Assembly (NCBI GenBank): GCA_963514005.1
Contig: CAUPSL010000303.1
Span: forward strand, 124,001-188,000
Reading direction: 5' to 3'
Length of the DNA stretch: 64,000 nt
DNA from: Raja brachyura
Lineage: Eukaryota
The notes below the pieces were generated by a model that saw nothing but the letters and a program-made list of their open reading frames with translations, was not told the DNA's origin and did not search any database. Numbering within the stretch: the first letter of the stretch is position 1; the number at the start of each line of letters is the position of its first letter. The position numbers were made by a program, and so were the translations under genes. Shown here piece after piece: positions 26,021 to 43,791 of the stretch.

Positions 26021-28390
26021 ACACAGACCATGACACAGACCCTGACACACAGACCCCGACACACAGATCCTGACCCCGACACACAGACCCGCACACACAC
26101 CCCCCACACACAGACCCCGACACACAGACCCCGACACACAGACCCCCACACACACAGACCCCGACACACAGACCCCGACACACAGACCCCGACACACAGA
26201 TCCTGACCCCGACACACAGACCCCGACACACAGACCCCGACATTTAGACCCCCACACACAGACCCGCACACACAGAACCCGACACACAGACCCCCACACA
26301 CAGACCCCCCACACACAGGCCCCGACACACAGACCCCGACACACAGACCCCGACACACAGACCCCCACACACAGACCCTGACACACAGACCCCGACACAC
26401 AGACCCCCACACACAGACCCCGACACACAGACCCCGACACACAGCCACACACACAGACCCCGACACACAGACCCCGACATTCAGACCCCCACACACAGAC
26501 CCGCACACACAGACCCCGACACACAGACCCCGACACACCTACCCCGACACACAGACCCCCACACACAGACTCCCACGCACAGACCCCGACACACAGACCC
26601 GCACACACAGACCCCCCACACACAGACCCCGACACACAGACCCCGACACACAGACCCCCACACACACAGACCCCGACACACAGACCCCGACACACAGACC
26701 CCGACACACAGACCCCGACACACAGACCCCGACACACAGACGCTGACACACAGACCCCGACACACAGACCCCCACACACAGACCCCGACACACAGACCCC
26801 GACACACAGAGCCAAAAACACAGACACCGACACACAGACTCCGACACACAGACCCCCACACACAGACCCCGACACACAGACCCACCCACACAGACCTCGA
26901 CACACAGATCCCGACACACAGACCCCGACACACGGACCCCGACACACAGACCCCGACACACAGACCCCGACACACAGACCCCGACACAGACCCCGACACA
27001 CACAGACCCCGACACACATACCCTGACACGCGGACCCCGACACACAGACCCCGACACACAGACCCTGACACACAGACCCCGACACACACAGACCCCGACA
27101 CACAGACACCGACACACAGACCCCGACACACAGACCCCGACACACACAGACCCCGACACACAGACCCTGCCACGGGGACCCCGACACACAGACCCCGACA
27201 CACAGACCCCGACACACAGACCCCGAAACACAGACCCCGACACGCAGACCCAGACACGCAGACACCCACACACAGACCCCGACACACAGACCCCGACACA
27301 CAGACCCCGACACACAGACCCCGACACACAGACTCCGACACACAGACTCCGACACACAGACCCCCACACACAGACCCCGACACACAGACCCACCCACACA
27401 GACCTCGACACACAGATCCCGACACACAGACCCCGACACACAGACCCCGACACACAGACCCCGACACACTGACCCCGACACACACAGACACCGACACACA
27501 GACCCCGACACACAGACCCCGACACACACAGACCCCGACACCCAGACCCTGCCACGCGGACCCCGACACACAGACCACGACACACAGACCCCGACACACA
27601 GACCACGACACACAGACCCCGACACACAGACCTCGACACACAGACCCCGACACACAGACCCTGACACATAGACCCCGACACACACCCTGGCACAGAGTCT
27701 GACACACAGCGTCTGACACGGACCCTGAGACAGACGCTGATACAGACCCCGACACACAGAGCCAAACACACAGACCCCGACACACAGGCCCAGACATTCA
27801 GACGCCCACACACAGACCCGCACACATAGACCCCGACACACAGACCCCCACACACAGACCCCCCACACACTGACCCCGACACACAGACCCCGACACACAG
27901 ACCCCGACACACACAGACCCCGACACACAGACCCCGACACACAGACCCCGACACACAGACCCCGACACACAGATCCCGACACACAGACCCTGACACACAG
28001 ACCCCGACACACAGACCCCGACACACAGACCCCGACACACAGACCCCGACAAACAGACCACGACACACAGACCCCGACACACAGACCCCGACACACAGAC
28101 CCCGACACACAGACCACGACACACAGACCCCGACACACAGACCCACCCACACAGACCCCGACACGCAGACCCCGACACACAGACCCCCACACACAGACCC
28201 CCACACACAGACCCCGACACACAGACCCCGACACACAGACCCCGACACACAGACCCCCACACACAGACCCCCACACACAGACCCACCCACACAGACCTCG
28301 ACACACAGACCCCGACACACAGACCCCGACACACAGACCCCGACACACAGACCCCGACACACAGACCCCGACACACAGACCCCGACACAC

Positions 28391-28724
28391 CGACCTGGGC
28401 TCCAGCCAGGAGGGCGGGCAGCAGCAGCAGCGGGCACAGCATGGTCGCCCCCGACTGTCCAGGTTGCGGTGAGTTTGCGAGTCCGGGGCGCATGCGAGGT
28501 TCACTCTGCTCCGCCCGCCCGCCTGCTTCACCCCGCATCCCACGCTGATTGGTCGGTGCCGTGACCGCGACCACTCACAGTCCTGCCCGCCCGTGAGTCA
28601 CCGGTCCCCGGGTAGAAGAGCCCCACGAAGCTGGTGAAAAATAGCCTGCTGGGGAGAATGGAGCGCGGCAGGTTAGCTCATGAAAGCGAAATCGTGAAGT
28701 GTGTGAGAGAGATGGGACCCACCC
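28391..28724 (-). promoter_or_regulatory. Promoter + leader exon cassette 7 (leader 28391-28442)
   Basis: Shares the GGAGAATGG variant with cassette 4. Confidence 0.9.
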
Positions 28725-30831
28725 ACACAGACCATGACACAGACCCTGACACACAGATCCCGACACGCAGATCCTGACCCCGACACACAGACCCCGACAC
28801 ACAGACCCCGACATTTAGACCCCCACACACAGACCCGCACACACAGACCCCGACACACAGACCCGCACACACAGACCCCCCACACACAGGCCCCGACACA
28901 GAGACCCCGACACACAGACCCCGACACACAGACCCCCACACACAGACCCTGACACACAGACCCCGACACACAGACCCCCACACACAGACCCCGACACATA
29001 GACCCCGACAAACAGAGCCACACACACAGACCCCGACACACAGACCCCGACATTCAGACACCCACACACAGACCCGCACACACAGACCCCGACACACAGA
29101 CCCCGACACACAGACCCCGACACACAGACCCCCACAAACAGACCCCCACACACAGACCCCGACACACAGACCCGCACACACACCCCCCACACACAGACCC
29201 CGACACACAGACCCCGACACACAGACCCCCACACACACAGACCCCGACACACAGACCCCGACACACAGACCCCGACACTCAGATCCTGACCCCGACACAC
29301 AGACCCCGACACACAGACCCCCACACACACAGACCCCGACACACAGACCCCGACATTTAGACCCCCACACACAGACCCGCACACACAGACCCCGACACAC
29401 AGACCCCCACACACAGACCCCCCACACACAGGCCCCGACACACAGACCCGGACACACAGACCCCGACACACAGACCCCCACACACAGACCCTGACACACA
29501 GACCCCGACACACAGACCCCCACACACAGACCCCCACACACAGACCCCGACACACAGACCCCGACACACAGCCACACACACAGACCCCGACACACAGACC
29601 CCGACTTTCAGACACCCACACACAGACCCGCACACACAGACCCCGACACACAGACCCCGACACACCTACCCCGACACACAGACCCCCACACACAGACTCC
29701 CACGCACAGACCCCGACACACAGACCCGCACACACAGACACCCCACACACAGACCCCGACACACAGACCCCGACACACAGACCCCGACACACAGGCCCCG
29801 ACACACAGACCCTGACACACAGACCCCGACACACAGACCCCCACACACAGACCCCGACACACAGACCACGACACACAGAGCCAAAAACACAGACCCCGAC
29901 ACACAGACCCCGACATTCAGACGCCCACACACAGACCCGCACACACAGACCCCGACACACAGACCCAAACACACAGACCCCCCACACACAGACCCCGACA
30001 CACAGACTCCGACACACAGACCCCGACACACAGACCCCGACACACAGACCCCGACACACAGACCCCCACACACAGACCCGCACACACAGACCCCGCCACA
30101 CAGACCCCCACACACAGACCCCCCACACACTGCCCCGACACACAGACCCCGACACACAGACCCCCACACACACAGACCCCGACACACAGACGCCGACACA
30201 CAGACCCCGACACACAGACCCCGACACACAGATCCCGACACACAGACCCTGACACACAGACCCCGACACACAGACCCCCACACACAGACCCCGACACACA
30301 GACCCCGACACACAGACCCCGACACACAGACCCCGACACACAGACCCCGACACACAGACCCCGACACACAGACCCCGACACACAGACCACGACACACAGA
30401 CCCCGACACACAGACCCACCCACACAGACCCCGACACACAGACCCCGACACACAGACCCCGACACACAGACCCCGACACACAGACCCCGACACACAGACC
30501 CCGACACACAGACCCCGACACACAGACCCCGACACACAGACCCCGACACACAGACCACGACACACAGACCCCGACACACAGACCCACCCACACAGACCCC
30601 GACACGCAGACCCCGACACGCAGACCCCCACACACAGACCCCGACACACAGACCCCGACACACAGACCCCGACACACAGACCCCGACACTCAGACCCCCA
30701 CACACAGACCCCGACACACAGACCCACCCACACAGACCTCGACACACAGACCCCGACACACAGACCCCGACACACAGACCCCGACACACAGACCCCGACA
30801 CACAGACCCCGACACACAGACCCCGACACAC

Positions 30832-31164
30832 CGACCTGGGCTCCAGCCAGGAGGGCGGGCAGCAGCAGCAGCGGCCACAGCATGGTCGCCCCCGACTGTC
30901 CAGGTTGCGGTGAGTTTGCGAGTCCGGGGCGCATGCGAGGTTCACTCTGCTCCGCCCGCCCGCCTGCTTCACCCCGCATCCCACGCTGATTGGTCGGTGC
31001 CGTGACCGCGACACTCACAGTCCTGCCCGCCCGTGAGTCACCGGTCCCCGGGTAGAAGAGCCCCACGAAGCTGGTGAAAAATAGCCTGCTGGGGAGAGTG
31101 GAGCGCGGCAGGTTAGCTCATGAAAGCGAAATCGTGAAGTGTGTGAGAGAGATGGGACCCACCC
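30832..31164 (-). promoter_or_regulatory. Promoter + leader exon cassette 8 (leader 30832-30883, MLWP variant)
   Basis: C3W leader substitution; 1-bp deletion in the Y-like box (~31012). Confidence 0.9.
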
Positions 31165-34100
31165 ACACAGACCATGACACAGACCCTGACACACAGATCC
31201 CGACACACAGATCCTGACCCCGACACACAGACCCCGACACACAGACCCCGACATTTAGACCCCCACACACAGACCCGCACACACAGACCCCGACACACAG
31301 ACCCGCACACACAGACCCCCCACACACAGGCCCTGACACAGAGACCCCGACACACAGACCCCGACACACAGACCCCCACACACAGACCCTGACACACAGA
31401 CCCGGACACACAGACCCCCACACACAGACCCCGACAAACAGAGCCACACACACAGACCCCGACACACAGACCCCGACATTCAGACACCCACACACAGACC
31501 CGCACACAGACCCCGACACACAGACCCCGACACACAGACCCCGACACACAGACCCCGACACACAGACCCCCACACACAGACCCCGACACACAAACCCGCA
31601 CACACACCCCCCACACACAGACCCCGACACACAGACCCCGACACACAGACCCCCACACACACAGACCCCGACACACAGACCCCGACACACAGACCCCGAC
31701 ACACAGATCCTGACCCCGACACACAGACCCCGACACACAGACCCCGACATTTAGACCCCCACACACAGACCCGCACACACAGACCCCGACACACAGACCC
31801 CCACACACAGACCAACCACACACAGGCCCCGACACACAGACCCCGACACACAGACCCCGACACACAGACCCCCACACACAGACCCTGACACACAGACCCC
31901 GACACACAGACCCCCACACACAGACCCCGACACACAGACCCCGACACACAGCCACACACACAGACCCCGACACACAGACCCCGACATTCAGACCCCCACA
32001 CACAGACCCGCACACACAGACCCCGACACACAGACCCCGACACACCTACCCCGACACACAGACCCCCACACACAGACTCCCACGCACAGACCCCGACACA
32101 CAGACCCGCACACACAGACCCCCCACACACAGACCCCGACACACAGACCCCGACACACAGACCCCCACACACACAGACCCCGACACACAGACCCCGACAC
32201 ACAGACCCCGACACACAGACCCCGACACACAGACCCCGACACACAGACCCTGACACACAGACCCCGACACACAGACCCCCACACACAGACCCCGACACAC
32301 AGACAACGACACACAGAGCCAAAAACACAGACCCCGACACCCAGACCCAGACATTCAGACGCCCACACACAGACCCGCACACACAGACCCCGACACACAA
32401 ACCCCCACACACAGACCCCCCACACACAGACCCCGACACACAGACTCCGACACACAGACCCCGATACACAGACCCCGACACACAGACCCCGACACACAGA
32501 CCCCGACACACAGACCCCCACACACAGACCCGCACACACAGACCCCGCCACACAGACCCCCACACACAGACCCCCCACACACTGACCCCGACACACAGAC
32601 CCCGACACACAGACCCCCACACACACAGACCCCGACACACAGACGCCGACACACAGACCCCGACACACAGACCCCGACACACAGATCCCGACACACAGAC
32701 CCTGACACACAGACCCCGACACACAGACCCCCACACACAGACCCCGACACACAGACCCCGACACACAGACCCCGACACACAGACCCCGACACACAGACCC
32801 CGACACACAGACCCCGACACACAGACCCCGACACACAGACCCCGACACACAGACCACGACACACAGACCCCGACACACAGACCCACCCACACAGACCCCG
32901 ACACACAGACCCCGACACACAGACCCCGACACACAGACCCCGAAACGCAGACCCCGACACGCAGACCCCGACACACAGACCCCGACACACAGACCCCGAC
33001 ACACAGACCCCGACACACAGACCACGACACACAGACCCCGACACACAGACCCACCCACACAGACCCCGACACACAGACCCCGACACACAGACCCCGAAAC
33101 ACAGACGCCGGCACGCAGACCCCGACACGCAGACCCCGACACGCAGACCCCCACACACAGACCCCGACACACAGACCCCGACACACAGACCCCGACACAC
33201 AGACCCCGACACACAGACCCCGACACACAGACCCCCACACACAGACCCCGACACACAGACCCACCCACACAGACCCCGACACACAGACCCCGACACACAG
33301 ACCCCGACACACAGACCCCGACACACAGACCCCGACACACAGACCCCGACACACAGACCCCGACACACAGACCACGACACACAGACCCCGACACACAGAC
33401 CCACCCACACAGATCCCGACACACAGACCCCGACACACAGACCCCGACACACAGACCCCGACACACAGACCCCGACACACAGACCCCGACACACACAGAC
33501 CCCGACACACAGACCCCGACACGCGGACCCCGACACACAGACCCCGACACACAGACCCCGAAACACAGACCCCCACACACACAGACCCCGACACACAGAC
33601 CCCGACACACAGACCCCGACACACAGATCCTGACCCCGACACACAGACCCCGACACACAGACCCCGACATTTAGACCCCCACACACAGACCCGCACACAC
33701 AGACCCCGACACACAGACCCCCACACACAGACCAACCACACACAGGCCCCGACACACAGACCCCGACACACAGACCCCGACACACAGACCCCCACACACA
33801 GACCCTGACACACAGACCCCGACACACAGACCCCCACACACAGACCCCGACACACAGACCCCGACACACAGCCACACACACAGACCCCGACACACAGACC
33901 CCGACATTCAGACCCCCACACACAGACCCGCACACACAGACCCCGACACACAGACCCCGACACACCTACCCCGACACACAGACCCCCACACACAGACTCC
34001 CACGCACAGACCCCGACACACAGACCCGCACACACAGACCCCCCACACACAGACCCCGACACACAGACCCCGACACACAGACCCCCACACACACAGACCC

Positions 34101-37100
34101 CGACACACAGACCCCGACACACAGACCCCGACACACAGACCCCGACACACAGACCCCGACACACAGACCCTGACACACAGACCCCGACACACAGACCCCC
34201 ACACACAGACCCCGACACACAGACCACGACACACAGAGCCAAAAACACAGACCCCGACACACAGACCCAGACATTCAGACGCCCACACACAGACCCGCAC
34301 ACACAGACCCCGACACACAAACCCCCAAACACAGACCCCCCACACACAGACCCCGACACACAGACTCCGACACACAGACCCCGACACACAGACCCCGACA
34401 CACAGACCCCGACACACAGACCCCGACACACAGACCCCCACACACAGACCCGCACACACAGACCCCGACACACAGACCCCCACACACAGACCCTGACACA
34501 CAGACCCCGACACACAGACCCCCACACACAGACCCGCACACACAGACCCCGCCACACAGACCCCCACACACAGACCCCCCACACACTGACCCCGACACAC
34601 AGACCCCGACACACAGACCCCCACACACACAGACCCCGACACACAGACGCCGACACACAGACCCCGACACACAGACCCCGACACACAGATCCCGACACAC
34701 AGACCCTGACACACAGACCCCGACACACAGACCCCCACACACAGACCCCGACACACAGACCCCGACACACAGACCCCGACACACAGACCCCGACACACAG
34801 ACCCCGACACACAGACCCCGACACACAGACCCCGACACACAGACCCCGACACACAGACCACGACACACAGACCCCGACACACAGACCCACCCACACAGAC
34901 CCCGACACACAGACCCCGACACACAGACCCCGACACACAGACCCCGAAACGCAGACCCCGACACGCAGACCCCGACACACAGACCCCGACACACAGACCC
35001 CGACACACAGACCCCGACACACAGACCACGACACACAGACCCCGACACACAGACCCACCCACACAGACCCCGACACACAGACCCCGACACACAGACCCCG
35101 AAACACAGACGCCGGCACGCAGACCCCGACACGCAGACCCCGACACGCAGACCCCCACACACAGACCCCGACACACAGACCCCGACACACAGACCCCGAC
35201 ACACAGACCCCGACACACAGACCCCGACACACAGACCCCCACACACAGACCCCGACACACAGACCCACCCACACAGACCCCGACACACAGACCCCGACAC
35301 ACAGACCCCGACACACAGACCCCGACACACAGACCCCGACACACAGACCCCGACACACAGACCCCGACACACAGACCACGATACACAGACCCCGACACAC
35401 AGACCCACCCACACAGATCCCGACACACAGACCCCGACACACAGACCCCGACACACAGACCCCGACACACAGACCCCGACACACAGACCCCGACACACAC
35501 AGACCCCGACACACAGACCCCGACACGCGGACCCCGACACACAGACCCCGACACACAGACCCCGAAACACAGACCCCCACACACACAGACCCCGACACAC
35601 AGACCCCGACACACAGACCCCGACACACAGATCCTGACCCCGACACACAGACCCCGACACACAGACCCCGACATTTAGACCCCCACACACAGACCCGCAC
35701 ACACAGACCCCGACACACAGACCCCCACACACAGACCAACCACACACAGGCCCCGACACACAGACCCCGACACACAGACCCCGACACACAGACCCCCACA
35801 CACAGACCCTGACACACAGACCCCGACACACAGACCCCCACACACAGACCCCGACACACAGACCCCGACACACAGCCACACACACAGACCCCGACACACA
35901 GACCCCGACATTCAGACCCCCACACACAGACCCGCACACACAGACCCCGACACACAGACCCCGACACACCTACCCCGACACACAGACCCCCACACACAGA
36001 CTCCCACGCACAGACCCCGACACACAGACCCGCACACACAGACCCCCCACACACAGACCCCGACACACAGACCCCGACACACAGACCCCCACACACACAG
36101 ACCCCGACACACAGACCCCGACACACAGACCCCGACACACAGACCCCGACACACAGACCCCGACACACAGACCCTGACACACAGACCCCGACACACAGAC
36201 CCCCACACACAGACCCCGACACACAGACCACGACACACAGAGCCAAAAACACAGACCCCGACACACAGACCCAGACATTCAGACGCCCACACACAGACCC
36301 GCACACACAGACCCCGACACACAAACCCCCAAACACAGACCCCCCACACACAGACCCCGACACACAGACTCCGACACACAGACCCCGACACACAGACCCC
36401 GACACACAGACCCCGACACACAGACCCCGACACACAGACCCCCACACACAGACCCGCACACACAGACCCCGACACACAGACCCCCACACACAGACCCTGA
36501 CACACAGACCCCGACACACAGACCCCCACACACAGACCCCGACACACAGACCCCGACACACAGCCACACACACAGACCCCGACACACAGACCCCGACATT
36601 CAGACCCCCACACACAGACCCGCACACACAGACCCCGACACACAGACCCCGACACACCTACCCCGACACACAGACCCCCACACACAGACTCCCACGCACA
36701 GACCCCGACACACAGACCCGCACACACAGACCCCCCACACACAGACCCCGACACACAGACCCCGACACACAGACCCCCACACACACAGACCCCGACACAC
36801 AGACCCCGACACACAGACCCCGACACACAGACCCCGACACACAGACCCCGACACACAGACCCTGACACACAGACCCCGACACACAGACCCCCACACACAG
36901 ACCCCGACACACAGACCACGACACACAGAGCCAAAAACACAGACCCCGACACACAGACCCAGACATTCAGACGCCCACACACAGACCCGCACACACAGAC
37001 CCCGACACACAAACCCCCAAACACAGACCCCCCACACACAGACCCCGACACACAGACTCCGACACACAGACCCCGACACACAGACCCCGACACACAGACC

Positions 37101-40100
37101 CCGACACACAGACCCCGACACACAGACCCCCACACACAGACCCGCACACACAGACCCCGCCACACAGACCCCCACACACAGACCCCCCACACACTGACCC
37201 CGACACACAGACCCCGACACACAGACCCCCACACACACAGACCCCGACACACAGACGCCGACACACAGACCCCGACACACAGACCCCGACACACAGATCC
37301 CGACACACAGACCCTGACACACAGACCCCGACACACAGACCCCCACACACAGACCCCGACACACAGACCCCGACACACAGACCCCGACACACAGACCCCG
37401 ACACACAGACCCCGACACACAGACCCCGACACACAGACCCCGACACACAGACCCCGACACACAGACCACGACACACAGACCCCGACACACAGACCCACCC
37501 ACACAGACCCCGACACACAGACCCCGACACACAGACCCCGACACACAGACCCCGAAACGCAGACCCCGACACGCAGACCCCGACACACAGACCCCGACAC
37601 ACAGACCCCGACACACAGACCCCGACACACAGACCACGACACACAGACCCCGACACACAGACCCACCCACACAGACCCCGACACACAGACCCCGACACAC
37701 AGACCCCGAAACACAGACGCCGGCACGCAGACCCCGACACGCAGACCCCGACACGCAGACCCCCACACACAGACCCCGACACACAGACCCCGACACACAG
37801 ACCCCGACACACAGACCCCGACACACAGACCCCGACACACAGACCCCCACACACAGACCCCGACACACAGACCCACCCACACAGACCCCGACACACAGAC
37901 CCCGACACACAGACCCCGACACACAGACCCCGACACACAGACCCCGACACACAGACCCCGACACACAGACCCCGACACACAGACCACGACACACAGACCC
38001 CGACACACAGACCCACCCACACAGATCCCGACACACAGACCCCGACACACAGACCCCGACACACAGACCCCGACACACAGACCCCGACACACAGACCCCG
38101 ACACACACAGACCCCGACACACAGACCCCGACACGCGGACCCCGACACACAGACCCCGACACACAGACCCCGAAACACAGACCCCGACACACAGACCCCG
38201 ACACACAGACCCCGACACACACAGACCCCGACACACAGACCCTGCCACGCGGACCCCGACACACAGTCCACGACACACAGACCCCGACACACAGACCACG
38301 ACACACAGACCCCGACACACAGACCCCGACACACAGACCCCGACACACAGACATTGACACATAGACCCCGACACACCCTGGCACAGAGTCTGACACACAG
38401 CGTCTGGCACGGACCCTGAGACAGACCCTGACACAGACGCTGATACAGACCCCGACACACAGAGCCAAACACACAGACCCCGACACACAGGCCCAGACAT
38501 TCAGACGCCCACACACAGACCCGCACACACAGACCCCGACACACAGACCCCCACACACAGACCCCCCACACACAGACCCCGATACACAGACTCCGACACA
38601 CAGACCCCGACACACAGACCCCGACACACAGACCCCAACACACAGATCCCGACACACAGACCCCCCACACAGACCCGCACACACAGACCCCGCCACACAG
38701 ACCCCCACACACAGACCCCCCACACACTGACCCCGACACACAGACCCCGACACACAGACCCCCCCACACACAGACCCCGACACACAGACCCCGACACACA
38801 GACCCCGACACACAGACCCCGACACACAGATCCCGTCACACAGACCCCGACACACAGACCCCGACACACAGACCCCGACACACAGACCCCGAAACACAGA
38901 CCCCGACACGCAGACCCCGACACGCAGACCCCGACACGCAGACCCCGACACGCAGACCCCGACACACAGACCCCGACACACAGACCCCGACACACAGACC
39001 CCGACACACAGACCCCGACACACAGACCCTGCCACGCGGACCCCGACACACAGACCACGACACACAGACCCCGACACACAGACCACGACACACAGACCCC
39101 GACACACAGACCCCGACACACAGACCCCGACACACAGACCCTGACACATAGACCCCGACACATCCTGGCACAGAGTCTGACACACAGCGTCTGGCACGGG
39201 CCCTGAGACAGACCCTGACACAGACGCTGATACAGACCCCGACACACAGAGCCAAACACACAGACCCCGACACACAGGCCCAGACATTCAGACGCCCACA
39301 CACAGACCCGCACACACAGACCCCGACACACAGACCCCACACACAGACCCCCCACACACAGACCCCGACACACAGACTCCGACACACAGACCCCGACACA
39401 CAGACCCCGACACACAGACCCCGACACACAGATCCCGACACACAGACCCCCACACACAGACCCGCACACACAGACCCCGCCACACAGACCCCCACACACA
39501 GACCCCCCACACACTGACCCCGACACACAGACCCCGACACACAGACCCCCACACACACAGACCCCGACACACAGACCCCGACACACAGACCCAGACACAC
39601 AGACCCCGACACACAGATCCCGACACACAGACCCCGACACACAGACCCCCACACACAGACCCCGACACACAGACCCACCCACACAGACCCCGACACACAG
39701 ACCCCGACACACAGACCCCGACACACAGACCCCGACACACAGACCCCGACACACAGACCCCGACACACAGACCCCGACACACAGACCACGACACACAGAC
39801 CCACCCACACAAATCCCGACACACAGACCCCGACACACGGACCCCGACACACAGACCCCGACACACAGACCCCGACACACAGACCCCGACACACAGACCC
39901 CGACACACACAGACCCCGACACACAGACCCTGACACGCGGACCCCGACACACAGACCCCGACACACAGACCCCGACACACAGACCCCGACACACACAGAC
40001 CCCGACACACAGACCCTGCCACGCGAACCCCGACACACAGACCACGACACACAGACCCCGACACACAGACCACGACACACAGACCCCGACACACAGACCC

Positions 40101-43100
40101 CGACACACAGACCCCGACACACAGACCCTGACACATAGACCCCGACACATCCTGGCACAGAGTCTGACACACAGCGTCTGGCACGGACCCTGAGACAGAC
40201 CCTGACACAGACGCGGATACAGACCCCGACACACAGAGCCAAACACACAGACCCCGACACACAGGCCCAGACATTCAGACGCCCACACACAGACCCGCAC
40301 ACACAGACCCCGACACACAGACCCCGACACACAGACCCCGACACACAGACCCCGACACACAGACCACGACACACAGACCCCGACACACAGACCCACCCAC
40401 ACAAATCCGGACACACAGACCCCGACACACGGACCCCGACACACAGACCCCGACACACAGACCCCGACACACAGACCCCGACACACACAGACCCCGACAC
40501 ACAGACCCTGACACGCGGACCCCGACACACAGACCCCTACACACAGACCCCGACACACAGACCCCGACACACACAGACCCCGACACACAGACCCTGCCAC
40601 GCGGACCCCGACACACAGACCACGACACACAGACCCCGGCACACAGACCCCGACACACAGACCCCGACACACAGACCACGACACACAGACCCCGACACAC
40701 AGACCCCGACACACAGACCCCGACACACAGACCCTGACACATAGACCCCGACACACCCTGGCACAGAGTCTGACACACAGCGTCTGGCACGGACCCTGAG
40801 ACAGACCCTGACACAGACGCTGATACAGACCCCGACACACAGAGCCAAACACACAGACCCCGACACACAGGCCCAGACATTCAGACGCCCACACACAGAC
40901 CCGCACACACAGACCCCGACACACAGACCCCCACACACAGACCCCCCACACACAGACCCCGACACACAGACTCCGACACACAGACCCCGACACACAGACC
41001 CCGACACACAGACCCCGACACACAGATCCCGACACACAGACCCCCCCACACAGACCCGCACACACAGACCCCGCCACACAGACCCCCACACACAGACCCC
41101 CCACACACTGACCCCGACACACAGACCCCGACACACAGACCCCCACACACACAGACCCCGACACACAGACCCCGACACACAGACCCAGACACACAGACCC
41201 CGACACACAGATCCCGACACACAGACCCCGACACACAGACCCTGACACATAGACCCCGACACATCCTGGCACAGAGTCTGACACACAGCGTCTGGCACGG
41301 ACCCTGAGACAGACCCTGACACAGACGCTGATACAGACCCCGACACACAGAGCCAAACACACAGACCCCGACACACAGGCCCAGACATTCAGACGCCCAC
41401 ACACAGACCCGCACACACAGACCCCGTCACACAGACCCCCACACACAGACCCCCCACACACAGACCCCGACACACAGACTCCGACACACAGACCCCGACA
41501 CACACACCCCGACACACAGACCCCGACACACAGATCCCGACACACAGACCCCCACACACAGACCCGCACACACAGACCCCGCCACACAGACCCCCACACA
41601 CAGACCCCCCACACACTGACCCCGACACACAGACCCCGACACACAGACCCCCACACACACAGACCCCGACACACAGACCCCGACAGACAGACCCAGACAC
41701 ACAGACCCCGACACACAGATCCCGACACACAGACCCCGACACACAGACCCCGACACACAGACCCCCACACACAGACCCCGACACACAGACCCCGACACAC
41801 AGACCCCGGCACACAGACCCCGACACACAGACCCCGACACACAGACCCCGACACACAGGCCCCGACACACAGACCCCGACACACAGACCCCGACACACAG
41901 ACCACGACACACAGACCCGGACACACAGACCCACCCACACAAATCCCGACACACAGACCCCGACACACAGACCCCGACACACAGACCCCGACACACAGAC
42001 CCCGACACACAGACCCCGACACACAGACCCCGACACACACAGACCCCGACACACAGACCCTGACACGCGGACCCCGACACACAGACCCCGACACACAGAC
42101 CCCGACACACAGACCCCGACACACAGACCCCGACACACACAGACCCCGACACACAGACCCTGCCACGCGGACCCCGACACACAGACCACGACACACAGAC
42201 CCCGACACACAGACCACGACACACAGACCCCGACACACAGACCCCGACACACAGACCCCGACACACAGACCCTGACACATAGACCCCGACACATCCTGGC
42301 ACAGAGTCTGACACACAGCGTCTGGCACGGACCCTGAGACAGACCCTGACACAGACGCTGATACAGACCCCGACACACAGAGCCAAACACACAGACCCCG
42401 ACACACAGGCCCAGACATTCAGACGCCCACACACAGACCCGCACACACAGACCCCGACACACAGACCCCCACACACAGACCCCCCACACACAGACCCCGA
42501 CACACAGACTCCGACACACAGACCCCGACACACAGACCCCGACACACAGACCCCGACACACAGATCCCGACACACAGACCCCCCCCACACAGACCCGCAC
42601 ACACAGACCCCGCCACACAGACCCCCACACACAGACCCCCCACACACTGACCCCGACACACAGACCCCGACACACAGACCCCCACACACACAGACCCCGA
42701 CACACAGACCCCGACACGCAGACCCCGACACACAGACCCCGACACACAGATCCCGACACACAGACCCTGACACACAGACCCCGACACACAGACCCCCACA
42801 CACAGACCCCGACACACAGACCCCGACACACAGACGCCGACACACAGACCCCGACACACAGACCCCGACACACAGACCCCGACACACAGACCACGACACA
42901 CAGACCCCGACACACAGACCCCGACACACAGACCCCGACACAGAGACCCCGACACACAGACCCCGAAACACAGACCCCGACACGCAGACCCCGACACGCA
43001 GACCCCGACACGCAGACCCCCACACACAGACCCCGACACACAGACCCCGACACACAGACCCCGACACACAGACCCCGACACACAGACCCCGACACACAGA

Positions 43101-43237
43101 CCCCCACACACAGACCCCGACACACAGACTCACCCACACAGACCTCGACACACAGACCCCGACACACAGACCCCGACACACAGACCCCGACACACAGACC
43201 CCGACACACAGACCCCGACACACAGACCCCGACACAC

Positions 43238-43571
43238 CGACCTGGGCTCCAGCCAGGAGGGCGGGCAGCAGCAGCAGCGGGCACAGCATGGTCGCCCCCG
43301 ACTGTCCAGGTTGCGGTGAGTTTGCGAGTCCGGGGCGCATGCGAGGTTCACTCTGCTCCGCCCGCCCGCCTGCTTCACCCCGCATCCCACGCTGATTGGT
43401 CGGTGCCGTGACCGCGACCACTCACAGTCCTGCCCGCCCGTGAGTTACCGGTCTCCGGGCAGAAGAGCCCCACGAAGCTGGTGAAAAATAGGCTGCTGGG
43501 GAGAGTGGAGCGCGGCAGGTTAGCTCATGAAAGCGAAATCGTGAAGTGTGTGAGAGAGATGGGACCCAACC
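43238..43571 (-). promoter_or_regulatory. Promoter + leader exon cassette 9 (leader 43238-43289)
   Basis: Near-identical copy; X2 variant TAACTCA as in cassette 1. Confidence 0.9.
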
Positions 43572-43791
43572 ACACAGACCATGACACAGACCCTGACACA
43601 CAGACCCCGACACACAGATCTTGACCCCGACACACAGGCCCCGACACACAGACCCCGACATTTAGACCCCCACACACAGACGCGCACACACAGACCCCGA
43701 CACACAGACCCCCACACACAGACCCCCCACACACAGACCCCCCACACACAGGCCCCGACACACAGACCCCGACACACAGACCCCGACACAC

